64,000 bases of DNA from Ostrea edulis (GCF_947568905.1 NC_079169.1:10292001-10356000), one strand, 5' to 3'; shown: positions 1 to 13,445, counted from the first letter of the stretch. Notes: generated by a model from the sequence alone, not told the origin. Made by a program: numbers and translations.

Positions 1-341
1 CATCGAAAATTCGATGAATTATTATTTGAAAAATAATCCTAAATGCAATGCAATTTGCAAATATTTCATCGCTTTGTTTGAATATGCTCACACTTATCAT
101 ATTAAAATATGTCAAAAAATAACAGTTTTAAATCGAATTGACAAAATCCAAGTGCAATTATTTGATTTATGACGTCATAAACAAATCAAGGGATTACCAA
201 AAAAAAAACCATGCAAGAAATGTTTTAAGTATTAATTATCAACCAATGAGAATAAAATTTATTTAGGAATTTAATTAAAAATCAAAGAGTGGACATTATT
301 GCTCATATATGTTTGAATATGATAACTGATCTTTAAATATC

Positions 342-3300
342 TCACCCTCTGATTTCCTCACATATAAAATAAAAACCAGTATAGGTGCATGCTGCATCGA
401 CCCACTTCCCATGTGCAGTCTGGTACATAGCGACACAGTTTTCTTTGGTATAAGCTGTGGGTTCCCCTGGGGAGAAGTTGTTAACCGTGATCTCCCTCAT
501 GTCTGATGAGTATATCCATCGATGTTCTTCCAGAATGTCAGATATGCCGATCCAATAATTTTTACCTAAATCACAACAATTACTTAGTACAGTAATACTG
601 ACGTTTACATGGCAAACCACAAACTCTAGTGATCAACGAAGCTAAATTCTTTTTTTTTAAAATATCTCTTTCTCTTCTCTCTGTATCTCTCCCGGTCATT
701 CAGCAATAGGGCATGTTATCTGATTAAATACAGATCTCTGAAACAGTAACCAAGGCAGCTGGATTTCAATCAGATTGGGTATTTTATCATCGATAATGGG
801 TAAACGTTTTTTCTCCTAACTTCTACAAATTTCAAACTTCCTCGAATTTCGAATCTTTCCCCGATTCTATTGGTCATTAAGGTTCCGTCTGAGTTTAATT
901 GACGGGTGTCTTCTATAATGGTCTACCCCAGTGCCCTCTACAACTTGTGAGTATCATACCGGGGTGTTATGCATGAAAATGTTTGTCGTAGCATCAATAC
1001 GAGACAACAAGCGACAAGCAGTCCGATGATGTACCTTATAGATTATCAAAATCACACTGAAACATTGCCCAAACAAAATAGGTTTAAGAATGAATCTTTT
1101 AATGCTTTAAAATAGATAGTAATGCAAACACTATTGCAGGGCATGCCAGACTTGTCTTTCTATAAAATGTAAATAAAAAATACTTTCATTTTCAATCCTA
1201 ACGTTCTTCATCATCTTAAAGAAAAAAGAAATCTTCAAATAATCCCATTCGAAACAATACGAAATCACCCTTTTTATCGATTGAAATTATGATGAAATAG
1301 ATTTAGGGCTTGACCAGGTGTGCAGGTCTTTACAAACTGGGGAAGACTCGATTCAGTGAATAATGTGAACCATGAAGTCCTTGTGTTCAAGATCTTCATT
1401 TTGTGTTTATTGAATATACTGAACATCAAAGTTTGAGATATAGTTCAAAGAAACAGAGTTCCAACCTGTGCTTTGACTGTGGCTTGTAAGAAAGTTCAAT
1501 TCTCCATCCGTCCTCGGCTCGGCTAACTTTGTATGAAACTGTTGACATGTAGCCTATATTGGTACAAATATAAATGCATTATTGCTATGGATCAGAACAA
1601 ACCCTTACAGCGCAGCAGAATTTAATAACAAAAGGCAATTAAACAATTAATTATATTTATTTACAATTAATAATTCAAAGGAAATTGTAACAATAAATAT
1701 CAAAATCCGTGCCGAACTGAATCTACACGCACAAAATACTTAATTCCAAAATCCTATTTCCCAGTATAATAAAAATCCAAAAAGAGCTTGTCTAAACCAG
1801 AGCTTTTTTTATCATAAAAATTCACAACATTGTCACTGTGTTCTTAATATAAAGCAGTACCGATTCCTACATCATTATCATCTACAGTAAGCTTAAATTG
1901 CTTTAAAAAACCTGGAGGTGAAGGAACTAGACTACTCTTGAGAACAGATTTAATTTAACAAAATGAATCGTCGCAGTCATTTGCCCATAAAAAATTAGCC
2001 CTCTTTTGCAATAAGTGTTTAAGTGGACCAACTTTATAGAAAAATTTGGACCAAAGTTTCTGTAAAAGCCTGTCAATTTATCAATTTATGATATTTGTTT
2101 ACAATTGATAATTCAAAGAAAATTGTAACAATAGCAAAATACTGAATTACGGTAGTTGCATTGAACAATAAATATAAAAATCCGTGCCGAACTATATGTA
2201 CACACACAAAATAGTTAATTCAAACATCCTAGTTCCCAGTATTATAAAAATCAAAACAGCTTGTCTAAACCAAAGCTCTTTTATAATAAAAATTCACAAT
2301 GTATTTATGATAAGAATGAATTTTCTAGTACAATCTTGAAAGACAATGATGCAACCATTACGTTAATTTTCTACTAAAGTAAACATCAAGCTCTAGATCA
2401 ATCTAGGTCACATGTATCAATTGAGTGCAAGTAGTACACAACAAGAAGTAAACATCGAGATCTAGAACAATCTAGGTCACAGGTGTCAATTGAGTGCAAG
2501 TAGTACACAACAATTATGTTTTAATCAAATGACACTTGGGAACTTAAACATTATTATATCCTTTCCTGAATGGATCCAGTACAGTTACCTAACATTCATT
2601 CTGTCCAATACCGCGAGCTTACACAAATTATATTCAATACCACAAGCTTACACTAATCATATTCAAAACCACGAGCTTACACTAATTATATTCAATATTG
2701 CGAGCTTACAAAGGTTATATTCAATACAGCAAGCTTACACTAATTATATTTATTACCACGAGCTTACACTAATTATATTCAATACAACGAGCTTACACTA
2801 ATCATATTCAATATTGCGAGCTTACACAAATTATATTCAATACCGTGAGCTTACACTAATTATATTCAATACCATGAGTTTACACCAATTATATTCAATA
2901 CCGTGAGCTTACACAAATTATATTCAATACCATGTACGTACACTAGTTATATTCAATACTGCAAGCTTACATAAATTATATTCAATACCACGAGCTTATG
3001 CTAATTATATTCAATACCGCCAGCTTACACTCATTATATTCAATATGGCAAGATTACACTAATCATATTCAATACCGCAATCTTACACAAATCATATTCA
3101 ATACCGCGAGAATACACTTATTATATTCAATACCGCGAGCTTACACACATTATATTCAATATCATGAGCTTACACTAATCATATTCAATACCGCGAGCTT
3201 ACACAAATTCTATTCAATACCGTGACCTTACACAAATTATATTTGAAACTGCGAGCTTACACTTATATTCAATACCGAGAGCTTACACTAATTATATTCA

Positions 3301-4590
3301 ATACCGTGAGCTTACACTAATTATATTCAATACCGTGAGCTTACACTAATTATATTCAATACCGAGAGCTTACACTAATTATATTCAATACCGTGAGCTT
3401 ACACTAATTATATTCAATACCGAGAGCTTACACTAATCATATTCAATACCGAGAGCTTACACTAATTATATTCAATAACGTGATCTTATACTAATCAATG
3501 CCTTAACCTTACACTTTGAATACGAATATAGAAACCCCTAGGGTCGTTTTTCAACGGGGCCACTAGTTAGTGTTACATCGGCGACTATATATTCCAATGG
3601 ACGTCAATGAAAGGTGAAGATAACAAACAGTGATCAATCTCATAACTCCTATTAGCAATACAAAATAGACAGTTGGGCAAACACGGACCCCTGGACACAC
3701 CAGATGTGGGATCAGATGTAAACATGCCTAGGAGGAGTAAACATTCCTTGTTGATCGGTCACAAGGTGACTAATAACCAGTACATACTATATATACGAGG
3801 ATCATTAAAATTATGTAGACTTTCGCCAGACATGGTAGACATAATCAGACAATAAATGATATTTAATATTATTGAAGAATAATTGATATATCACGATATA
3901 TCAGAAAATACTTTAAAAATTAAAACCGAAAAATGAATTCACAGCGATCTAGTTCGTCAATACAACCTCGCATTGGGTCAAATGCTGTCTGACGTGTTTC
4001 ATACCGACTGTTAAGCCGTTCTTGGCACACTGATTTGACTGCGGATAACTCCGTTTACCTGATCAGGATATGGGGCTCACGGCGGGTGTGACCGGTCAAC
4101 AGGGGATGCTTACTCCTCCTAGGCACCTGATCCCACCTCTGGTGTGTCCAGGGGTCCGTGTTTGCCCAACTATCTATTTTGTATTGCTTATAGGAGTTAT
4201 GAGATTGATCACTNNNNNNNNNNNNNNNNNNNNNNNNNNNNNNNNNNNNNNNNNNNNNNNNNNNNNNNNNNNNNNNNNNNNNNNNNNNNNNNNNNNNNNN
4301 NNNNNNNNNNNNNNNNNNNNNNNNNNNNNNNNNNNNNNNNNNNNNNNNNNNNNNNNNNNNNNCGACCAGCAACATGAACAACGGTGAATAGTCAAATGTT
4401 CGGGACGAAATATGTAATATTCAATATGTCGACGCTTTGTTATCAGCTTTTGTAGTGTAGTTGTAGATTTAGTTTCCTTTTCTATTTAGTTTTCTTTTTT
4501 ATGTAAATATTTTATTGTCCTGAAGAAGGGACAGGTTGTCCTGAAAATTTGACAATTCACTGTTGATCGTGTCGTTGGTCATTTTTAGTG

Positions 4591-4645
<55 letters not shown>

Positions 4646-7600
4646 GCAAAATTTGAAAATGATAAATACATACCCCCGCCTGGGCCCACGATGCAGTCGT
4701 GTGACTGAAGAAGTAGCACTTGTCGAGGTACTGAACAAATCCAATACTACAACCTGTAGTTGATAATCATTTATAATTTCCAAAACGAATAAATTTATTG
4801 AGGTTTAATGCAATTTATTTTTTTTCTATGGGGTTAATGAGCTCTAGTGGTAATATAGGTATGCTTTTTTAAATGTATATTATGTTTTGCATTTTAACTC
4901 CAAGGCTTTTAACTCTGGGGTGGAGGAATGTTTCTTTTAAGAATTATCTCATCAAATAATCAAGTAATGATTACAGTATATGACTGAGAAAATATAGTTT
5001 ACATGCTTTTACGGATTTTTTGCAGCATCTCAGAATGACGTGCATTTATGTAGACGAGATTCAAAATGGCGAAATACATGTCATTGCGCTTGCATTCGAA
5101 TCGACGCCATTTTCACCAAAATTTTCAAGTTCCCTAAGTATGGTTCAATTTTTCATAAGTTCTCAATGGAACTGCATATTTTCCTGCTTTTTTTATTTAA
5201 TTATTTTGACTCTGTGATATCAAATGAGAGGACTTCAATATCAAGGCAGGGTGGTTTTTCCGTCATGGGGAAACCCATGCCAACTTTGTGCATTTGGGAA
5301 TTTCAGATATAGGAAGAATGTTCAAAGAATGTCTGGGGATATTCCTGGAGGCTCTATTACCTTCGAAGAAATATCACCATGTGTCAACAAATTCATAAGA
5401 GAAGAAAAGCTTCAGGCCCGGACCAGATAACTTACGAACATACCATTTTGGTGGACAAATGGTATTTCGATACGTGAACCAATACCGGAGTTCGATCCGG
5501 ACATGACGTCACGCTGCTAGACCCCCTACTTTAACGGTGTTATATTACATGGAAATATGCCTCAAGCCTGGAAACAAGGACCTATATAGTTCCCCTGTAC
5601 AAAGGAGGAGATAAACAATAATAAGTCTACCAATAGCTACAGACCAGTTGCCTCATTCCCACACCTCCTTAAGATTTTTTATTTTTTAAAAGTGTTTTGA
5701 ATAATAGAATTAAGAAATATATTCTTGATGATCATTCTTTTCCAAACAAACAACAACAGGGGTTTCAAGAAAAATTAGGTTAATGAACTGCTCCATTTAA
5801 TCTACAAGAAACAATTATTGAGAAAATGGAAGTAATGTTCATGTAAGCTTTCTGGATAGTTCTAAAGCCTTCGATACTGTTTGGAGGCTTGGTCTTTTAT
5901 ACAAATTGTACAATTTGGGTGTAACATGTAAACTCTGGTCTATTATCAAAGATTGTCATGACAAAACGTCTAGTGCTAATGTTGTTAACCAAACACAGTT
6001 AAGTTGGTTTTCTGTTCAACAAGGTGTTAGACAAGGTGGTGTATTGTCTACGTTTTTATATTCAGTATTTATTAATGAATTAATTAATACAATCTTCAAC
6101 ATGCACTACATTACTCAATGTTGCAAACACTTGTCCCTCACTGGCAGATGACATCTCATGTATAGGGTTATCGCCCGACTCTCTACAAAGTATGTTAAAT
6201 ATTGCATATGAATACTCGAGAAATGGCGGTTGAAGTTCAACGCGTTCAAATCCTGTACTCTTCGTTTCCGATCAAAGGGCAATAAAGTTAATCAGAACCA
6301 AATCTGGACTTTAGGTGACGATCCAGTTCCCTGTATGGACTCCTGTAATCATCTAGGTATTATTGTCAACAAAAATTGTTCTTTATCAGACCGGATAAAT
6401 ACTGCCTGCAAAAAGGGAAGAAATTCCTTTTATGCTCTTACAGATATTGAATCCGCCTACCGTGATTTATTAACCTATATATACATATTTATAAATCCGC
6501 CTACCGTGATTTATTAACCTATATATACATATTTATAAATCCGCCTACCGTGATTTATTAACCTATATATACATATTTATAAATCCGTCGTCTTACCTTC
6601 CGTATCGTACGGCTGTGAACTTTGGAATAATTTGTCAGCAACAGATTCCCAACGACTTCATGTCTTTCAACATTCCATATATAAATCCACAAAGAATCTT
6701 CCACGTCATATGAGATCCGATATCTGCGAAAGACTTTTCAACGTCCAACCTTCAATGTTAAAATAGACGTAACAAAACTCCTGTTCTTTGGGCGACTGTG
6801 TCATATGAATGTTTTTTCGGTCCGTTTACTTTCTTTTTTCTTTTTGTAAATCTAGGCAACTACGAGTATCAGCGAGGATCTGATCCATATATATATCCTG
6901 AACTTACTGTGTGCATATGATTTACTAGAATTCCTGTACGAATGGGTAGCCGACGGCTTCTTCCCTCCCAAATCATCTCGGAGGAACATTGTGAGATCCA
7001 TAACCAATATAAAACACAAATATCTTAGACGTTGTCGTATTGTGAATGTCACATATTTCTCAAGATTTCTTGCAATCTTCAGTGAGAACGATCCATCTTC
7101 CTTCTGGAAAACTACTAAAAACTACTACGAACTATCATAAAATCCGCTTGTGCTATTTCATATGCAATCTTCTCTCTGATCGTCCGCAGAACTTCATGGA
7201 TATCTGTTGCCTCTGTGGCGAAACCTGTTCGTTCATGTTGCCTGTTCTTGTGTAAGAAATGGTGGAATGACACAGATAAAAATTTCTGCATCGAACTGTT
7301 GCTGAACCGATGAGGATCTTTATATTTTCCTGTTCGATCGCTCTCCAAGAACAAAGATAGAAGCGTATGATGTTGAAGTTCTCAAATTTAGAAACTAACA
7401 ACTTTTACGTGATGTTTCTGCCCATTCAACTACCGCGTCATGCATCAACATATGTCAGTGGGGAGGGTGGGGGCAACTAATTGCCAGCTCATGTCTAGTG
7501 CCCTTCTTATTGAATGTATGGACTCTTTACTTAGTTACATATTCCATTTTTTTTTTTCATTTATTTCTAATTCTGTATGATTTTGTATAATTTGTTCAAT

Positions 7601-9526
7601 AATCTCGAAATGAGGAAATAAAGAATGAATGAATAAATGTTATTATGTAATTCTATTGTTTCGTCGTGCTAGAAGTCGTCCATGGGAATAATCACTGCAG
7701 GTACATAGTGACGGACTGATTCACAATGTTCCCCCAAATTTCGTTTTCACTTTTAATTATCAAAATCTAATGTCTTACGTGTTTCGTTTCGGTAGATTTC
7801 GTTTCGTATCGCACTTTACAGGCACCCCCTTCTTCTTGCATTAAGAAGGTCCAAAGTCTTAGTTGTCAGCTTTAAATGGATTATAACTTTAATGTTTAAC
7901 ATGAAATATCGAAACAAAAAACGTTTCCCAGTCCCTTTAAATGATGTTATATTGAGTAGGGGCAGACAAAGTAAAAGGATTCGTTAATACTAAGCAGTTA
8001 ATTCCGTATCGGAAATATACAACACGCTCAAGTGCAATATCCCCTGTCCGATATTGACCCTCATTACGTGGAATGTGAATATCACATGACCAGTAGTCCA
8101 GTGGTGTAGCTAGGTTTGAAATATTTGTAAGCAGGGGGTCTGGGGGCGGTAGCTGAGGACATTTTACGTTTACGGTGATAAGATTTTTTCATGCTGTTGA
8201 TAGTTTTTACCTGCATGCTCATATTGCCAATGTACAGCACAAGTTGTATAAATCATAGAATCACAGCCAGCTTTGATGTTTTAAACAATTTTTTTTCTTC
8301 TTTTCTTTTTCTATTCTCAACATAAAATCAAACAATACACCTCATTCTCCGACTCTGAATATCTAAGCCAATGGTATTTTTCTAGTCATGATCGGTTGAA
8401 GCCCCTTTTCTTGCCACGTATTTCAGTAAGAGGGAAAACAAACGATGTGGGGTACCATTAATTTTTCAATAGGAATACTTTTTGTTTGTCATCAACGTTT
8501 GACTTGTGATATGCAATGTCTAGACAGCATGTCTGAATTGACTTAGGCGCTGGTATTTTGAAATTCTCTGATATTTTGTCAGAGACGCCTTCATTTGTGA
8601 TTTCCGAGCTGCTTGAGATGGGGTGTTTGAGGGTGCTTCCATTACGTCTTCAATGCCTGTATCAGCAGACGTAGATTTAGGTTGCATAGCATTTACTTTG
8701 CCCTTTTCGTAAATCACGTTCAGAGGCAGTGCTGCTTAATTTCATTTTGAATTTTCAAATAAAAACGCATTGGACAAATCAACAGTTACAAACAGCATTT
8801 ATTAAACCGTTCTGTTAAGATTCGTATAGTGTAGGAAAAGTCCCACCAGCATTATCGGGATTGTTTGATTGATTGCATTATGCTAGACGGCGCTATAATA
8901 TTGGTTTTACCTCCCGCTCGAGAATACTACACTCATATGGAGAAATTTATACCTATGTTCGGCGCTCACAGCCTTTGAGCAGGGAGAGGTCTTTATCGTG
9001 CCACACCTGCTATGACACGGGACCTCGGTGTTCCCCGTCTCATCCGAAGGACCGCCTCATTCAGTCGCCTCTCACGACGCGTAAGGGGATACCGAGGACC
9101 TAAAGGACCGCCCCCTAGAACAAGTAAGGATACTGAGGGCCTATTCTAAACTGCATCCCTACGAGGTGTATTTACTTTGAGAAAATATATATTTGTTTCA
9201 TTAAAAAAAATTATGTAATAAAAATTTAACTAAAATATTTGGTCTTCACAGTTACTGATTGTTTATTCCTTAATTCAGTCGATCAGTGTGTCTTTTTGTT
9301 GACAATGTAGAGTATTAATATTTGTCTTTTTTTCGTAGTGTGTTGTATGAGATATTTGGTTATGTATTACATCTCTTGATAAAGACGTGGGTTGCGTCGA
9401 ACGTGAATACTTCATTCAACACAATCATATTGAATTTAAGACTAACATAATTTCATCAAAAACATACTTACAATTAACACTCGGTACAAGAATGAAAACA
9501 CAGATGACTAAATATTTCCGAAACAT
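342..9526 (-). CDS. C-type lectin CTL-1 (perlucin-like, secreted, EPT/WVD motif), 4 exons, 148 aa
   Basis: Exons 9526-9472 (MFRKYLVICVFILVPSVN, signal-like), 4753-4674 (CCSIGFVQYLDKCYFFSHTTASWAQAG), 1553-1466 (ATCQQFHTKLAEPRTDGELNFLTSHSQST), 565-342 (GKNYWIGISD...FSPGEPTAYTKENC...WVDAAC...FICEEIRG*). All introns are GT-AG with matching phases (1,0,1), and the CTLD cysteines and WIG motif are present. Confidence 0.9.
2602..3500. repeat. 29-bp minisatellite (TTATATTCAATACCGTGAGCTTACACTAA)n, ~30 units, in CTL-1 intron 2
   Basis: Direct tandem periodicity of 29 nt. It explains the ORFs at 2490-2801 and 2998-3225. Confidence 0.92.
3607..3770 (-). mobile_element. Naiad-type Penelope-like element, 3' end fragment
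   Basis: Matches the 3' tail of the RT-bearing copy at 43286-44360 (aggtgaagataac...gggcaaacacggacccctgg). Confidence 0.8.
3944..4213 (+). mobile_element. Naiad-type PLE 3' fragment, inverted relative to 3607-3770
   Basis: cgatctagttcgtcaatacaac...gagattgatcact matches the RT C-terminus plus 3' tail. It runs into an N gap. Confidence 0.85.
4214..4362. other. Assembly gap (N)
   Basis: Run of N. Confidence 1.
4514..4556 (+). ncRNA. Minimal type I hammerhead ribozyme motif (PLE pseudo-LTR type)
   Basis: ATTGTC-CTGAAGA-AGGGAC.AGGTT.GTCCT-GAAA-ATTT-GACAAT. It has a 6-bp stem I, CUGANGA and GAAA cores, stem II, and a tiny palindromic AATT stem III. A (TA)n tract follows ~35 nt later. Confidence 0.65.
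5000..7640 (+). mobile_element. Degenerate non-LTR retrotransposon (RTE-X/CR1-like RT), antisense in CTL-1 intron 1
   Basis: Frameshifted RT motifs: YRPVAL, QQGFQ, FLDSSKAFDTVW, GVRQGGVLSTFLY, LADD, KFNAFKS, NHLGI. C-terminal CCLCGE and an aataaa(gaat)n-like tail near 7620. Confidence 0.8.
8862..9165 (-). mobile_element. Meta-domain-type bivalve SINE (degenerate)
   Basis: Homologous to 34499-34775 and 35242-35558 (ggtcccgtgtcatagcaggtgtggcacgataaaga core, CAAT tail). Confidence 0.7.
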
Positions 9527-9963
9527 TCTGTCTTTCACTATCTGAAAGATAAGCTGTGTGTGAATCGTGCGCGGACGTTATCTACTTCGGGCTCAAACAG
9601 ACGCAATGCATAACATAGATTAACTCTTTACACTTGAATATTACTAATGTTTTCTTTATACATGCCACGGGTGCCTGTGGACATTGTATATAACCCTCAC
9701 CCAGTCACCCCACTCCCTTACTTTACAAGAAAATATTTACGTTTCAAAAATACCATTATCATTATAGCCAAGAACGAACCATTGAATTTTCTGTTTATTA
9801 CATTATGTCGTATTTTCTTTTATTTCTTTTAGCCGTCTCATTGTTGACATTACACACATTCATTGTACCATAAGCCAAATGATAAAGACATCAAAACAAT
9901 AAAATTGTATATTAATTTGATTAGTGAAACATGAAAAATTTAATTATAACACACAAGCACGCA

Positions 9964-10003
<40 letters not shown>

Positions 10004-10070
10004 AAATTATTTTTTCTTGGCATCGGGGTAGAATAAAGTAAAAAAAATAAAATCCAATGCTCAAACTTTT

Positions 10071-10108
10071 ATCTATAGCGCTTTCGCCCTGCGGGCTCAT
10101 CAGTAGAT
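10071..10108 (-). ncRNA. Minimal type I hammerhead ribozyme motif (left arm of palindrome)
   Basis: Minus strand reads ATCTA-CTGATGA-GCCC.GCA.GGGC-GAAA-GCGC-TA-TAGAT. Confidence 0.75.
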
Positions 10109-10116
10109 TTTTAAAA

Positions 10117-10154
10117 ATCTACTGACGAGCCCGCAGGGCGAAAGCGCTATAGAT
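10117..10154 (+). ncRNA. Minimal type I hammerhead ribozyme motif (right arm of palindrome)
   Basis: ATCTA-CTGACGA-GCCC.GCA.GGGC-GAAA-GCGC-TA-TAGAT. Stem I is 5 bp, stem II is 4 bp, stem III is the palindrome AGCGCT, and the predicted cleavage is after UA at 10149. Confidence 0.75.
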
Positions 10155-10168
10155 AAAAGTTTGAGCAT

Positions 10169-10302
10169 NNNNNNNNNNNNNNNNNNNNNNNNNNNNNNNN
10201 NNNNNNNNNNNNNNNNNNNNNNNNNNNNNNNNNNNNNNNNNNNNNNNNNNNNNNNNNNNNNNNNNNNNNNNNNNNNNNNNNNNNNNNNNNNNNNNNNNNN
10301 NN
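10169..10302. other. Assembly gap (N)
   Basis: Run of N. Confidence 1.
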
Positions 10303-11975
10303 TTCCGGCAATTTATTATTTCCTGTCTTTACCTTCATACTGTGAAAATACCACTTTTTTCATAACAGCTGTGAAAATATCATTTTTATCCAATGGATAA
10401 ATTACATAATTTCACTATTGAGAAGGTATTGAGGCATAGCCGAGGTTGATGATGGTTTCTCGAGGGGTGAAAATTTTCAACTACATGTACATGCAATATT
10501 TGTTTCATTATACTGAATGTTATATGAAATAAACAAAGCAGAAAAACTTGAAGTCTGTTAACGTTTGATCAATCACTATCATGCGATGTTTTGTATATCA
10601 ATGCTGGTATTCGCTGTTATTACATACGCTCAATCGACGTTGTCTAACAATCTACGGCGAACTGTAAGCGCATAAATTTGTCGAATGTGATAATTTTTAT
10701 ATTATTATAATTTCATGTAATTTAGTCGAATCTGATTGGTCGAGAAACATTTGGAAAACATATTGTTACCCTCTGAGAACAGAGACCATGCGGTCATAGT
10801 ATCTAGCAACGGGTAAGATTACTTGACAACGGGTGATCAGACGCCAAGGAGGAGTAAGCATCCCTTGTTGACCGGCCATACCTGCCGTGGGCCCTAGCTG
10901 TCTCCTGATCAGGTAAACGGAGCAATCCTTAGTTAAAATGAATACCGTATAATCCGAATTTTAGCGAGAATTTAATTTTGGCATTATTATCGAGAATGGT
11001 GAGATCGCTAAACTTGAATGTCACAAACAATTTATTCGATACCTGTTGCTAAAATTAGCTATCGCTAAATAAATATACCCATTTTAATGGGAAAATTGCT
11101 AAATTTTTGTTTCGCCAAAAATTCCAAATGCTTATACGGTAAATATGTAAAGAAGGGCCTAACAATTGGTATGAAACACGTCAGAGAGCATTTTACATAA
11201 TTACAGGTTGTATTTATAAATAAGACTAATAATTCGTATGAAAACACTTTCTTTTGAACATACATGAGGTAATGAGCTACGACTCTTCATGCCGCCATAC
11301 TTCAAGAAGTTCATATATACATTCTACTTTCGTTTCTCTCGGAATTCCAAGTCTTTCAAATAGACGTACTATATTTATCTGTATTCATATGTGCATTGTT
11401 TAGAACTGCGATGCATTCATGAGAAAATGGCTCTCAGTAAAAATAAAGGAAATGCAAATGTTCTTTGTTGTTTTAAAATCAAATATGAAATAATAAAGAC
11501 AAAACCGAAAAAAGAACACCATAGCCTGAAGTAACATGTAAAATGTTGATTGATGGTAAAACACAATAAAGCGATAAAGTTTATTATTATCACAGAAGCA
11601 TGATGATAACAAACACTTCATCCGATAATTTCTGTGTTTCCACCTCTGCAAATAATGGAAAAGAATGTTTGGTCATAAAAAAAATGTTAATTCTAAAGAA
11701 AAAGGGGAGAATGGGGTAACGATTTAATGATCACGTTTTTCAATTGTTATATTTGAATCGTTATATCGTTGACATGAGTGGCTTTCATTACAAAAACATG
11801 ATTTATCTTTAAAATTAAAATAAGTTTGTTTTCAAAAATTTCACAATTCTAACAAAGTTCTGGACTCTGATCACGAGATACAGTTTAAGTATGATGACAT
11901 TTGATTGTGATGTCATAATGCTAATTTACTAATCTCGTTGTTGTTTTCACTGTTTATATAAAATACATATCCATC

Positions 11976-13445
11976 TTACGCAGCATCCGCTTCACAGATG
12001 AAATTCAGACGTTCTGTACACGTATGATCCGCCCATAGTCCATGGAAATCTTTCCAGAGAGCCACACAGTTCTGATCGGTGTGAGCATTAGGTTCCCCAG
12101 GACCGAATTCGGTGTTTTTAACGACGTCTTGTGTAGAAGAAAACTCCCACCGATCTTCTTCAATAATGTCCGATATTCCAATCCACATGTTTACATCTGT
12201 TTAAATAGGAAAACTTAAGAAATCTCAAGGTTTTCTCTGTAAATGTTTTTCATCAATAAAATGTTAATATGATAAAAAAGACTATTCGCGTGTGCCTTGA
12301 AGATGTCTCGCATATGTGGACGCATGCATCTCCCCATCCCCCCAGGACGGAAGTCAGCATCGTTTGGCTTTTCTACTGAATAATTTAATCACCAAATTTT
12401 CGATACGTTTCTAATTTCAGAATGATATAGAAATAGGTTTGATGTGTAATTACTTAAAGCCTGGCAGTGACTCTTAAGAAAGTTAGACTCCGTAACTGTT
12501 CTGGGTTCTGCTAGTTTAGAACGGAACTGTGCACATGCATCCTATAAAAAAAAAGACAACAAAGTATTACTTCGATAAACGAACACCTTACACACATAGG
12601 AATATATATATATATTATAAACCAACTTTTATTTGCGGCTATATATATAAAGCACTAAGTTCTAACAACACCCGGTACCTAAAAGTGTCGGATCCACAAC
12701 ATCGATGCTAGGTCAAATACAAAAAATTGTACAAAGCACTAAAATAAACAACGATACGAACAACAAGATTGTCAAATTTTCGGGATGACCCGTCTCTTCT
12801 TCAGGAAAAACGAAAGCAATTACATAATGTGCCCAATATCAACAGAGAATAACAAAACCTACATATAGATACATCTAGCACTACAACTACACCAATCTAC
12901 AAACGTATTTACAACGCAGACTACATTTTTTGTTTTCTTTTTAGGCTTGCCAATCAATGTTAAAAGCGGAGCGAATTAGGACATGCCTTATTCGTCCAAA
13001 GAGCTGATCCAAAAGTAATAAAAATAGACTTAATTAATTTCAAGTGGAACGATTAACCATATTACGTTGACAAAAAGTAAAGCCAACCCGTACCCAGAAA
13101 GATTATTTTAATCTAAAGACTATTTTAACTATACATTAAGAATAAATAATTTATAAAAGATAATAGCAAAAAAAAAACTAATAATAAAAATAATATATGT
13201 ATATGAATGAACACTCTAAAAATAAAATATAAAATAAGAAATGAATAAAAATTTGAAAGAAAAATAATATAAATAACAAGTTTGAATTAGTAAACAATGT
13301 GGACCAACGCAAAACAAAAACAAAGAATAAGCAGCCTAGGATATCGATTCAACATCAGACTTCCCCGTACTGATCATGTCTAGGGTAGACGTGTAAAAAA
13401 CATAGAATTACGGAAACTGATAAATAGGTTGTACAAAGCAATTGG

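Larger units (their letters stand above)
1..11226. repeat. Segmental duplication copy A (paired with 21129-33866)
   Basis: Collinear and near-identical from position 1 (catcgaaaattcg = 21129) to ...tatttataaataagac (11226 = 33866). The copies differ mainly by copy-specific insertions and repeat lengths. Confidence 0.92.

Noticed and set aside
2602-3500. Repeat arrays (29, 40, 43, 63 bp) as possible CRISPR arrays
   Set aside because: The units are contiguous with no unique spacers, there are no cas genes, and the context is intron-containing eukaryotic DNA.
4700-4745. CTGAAGA...GAAC as another hammerhead
   Set aside because: It is the reverse strand of lectin exon 2 (YFFSH codons), lacks GAAA and has no stem I.
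8520-8717. 65-aa ORF MIYEKGKV... conserved in both duplicate copies (31281-31478)
   Set aside because: No recognisable domain, a non-ATG start, and conservation is expected from the recent duplication.
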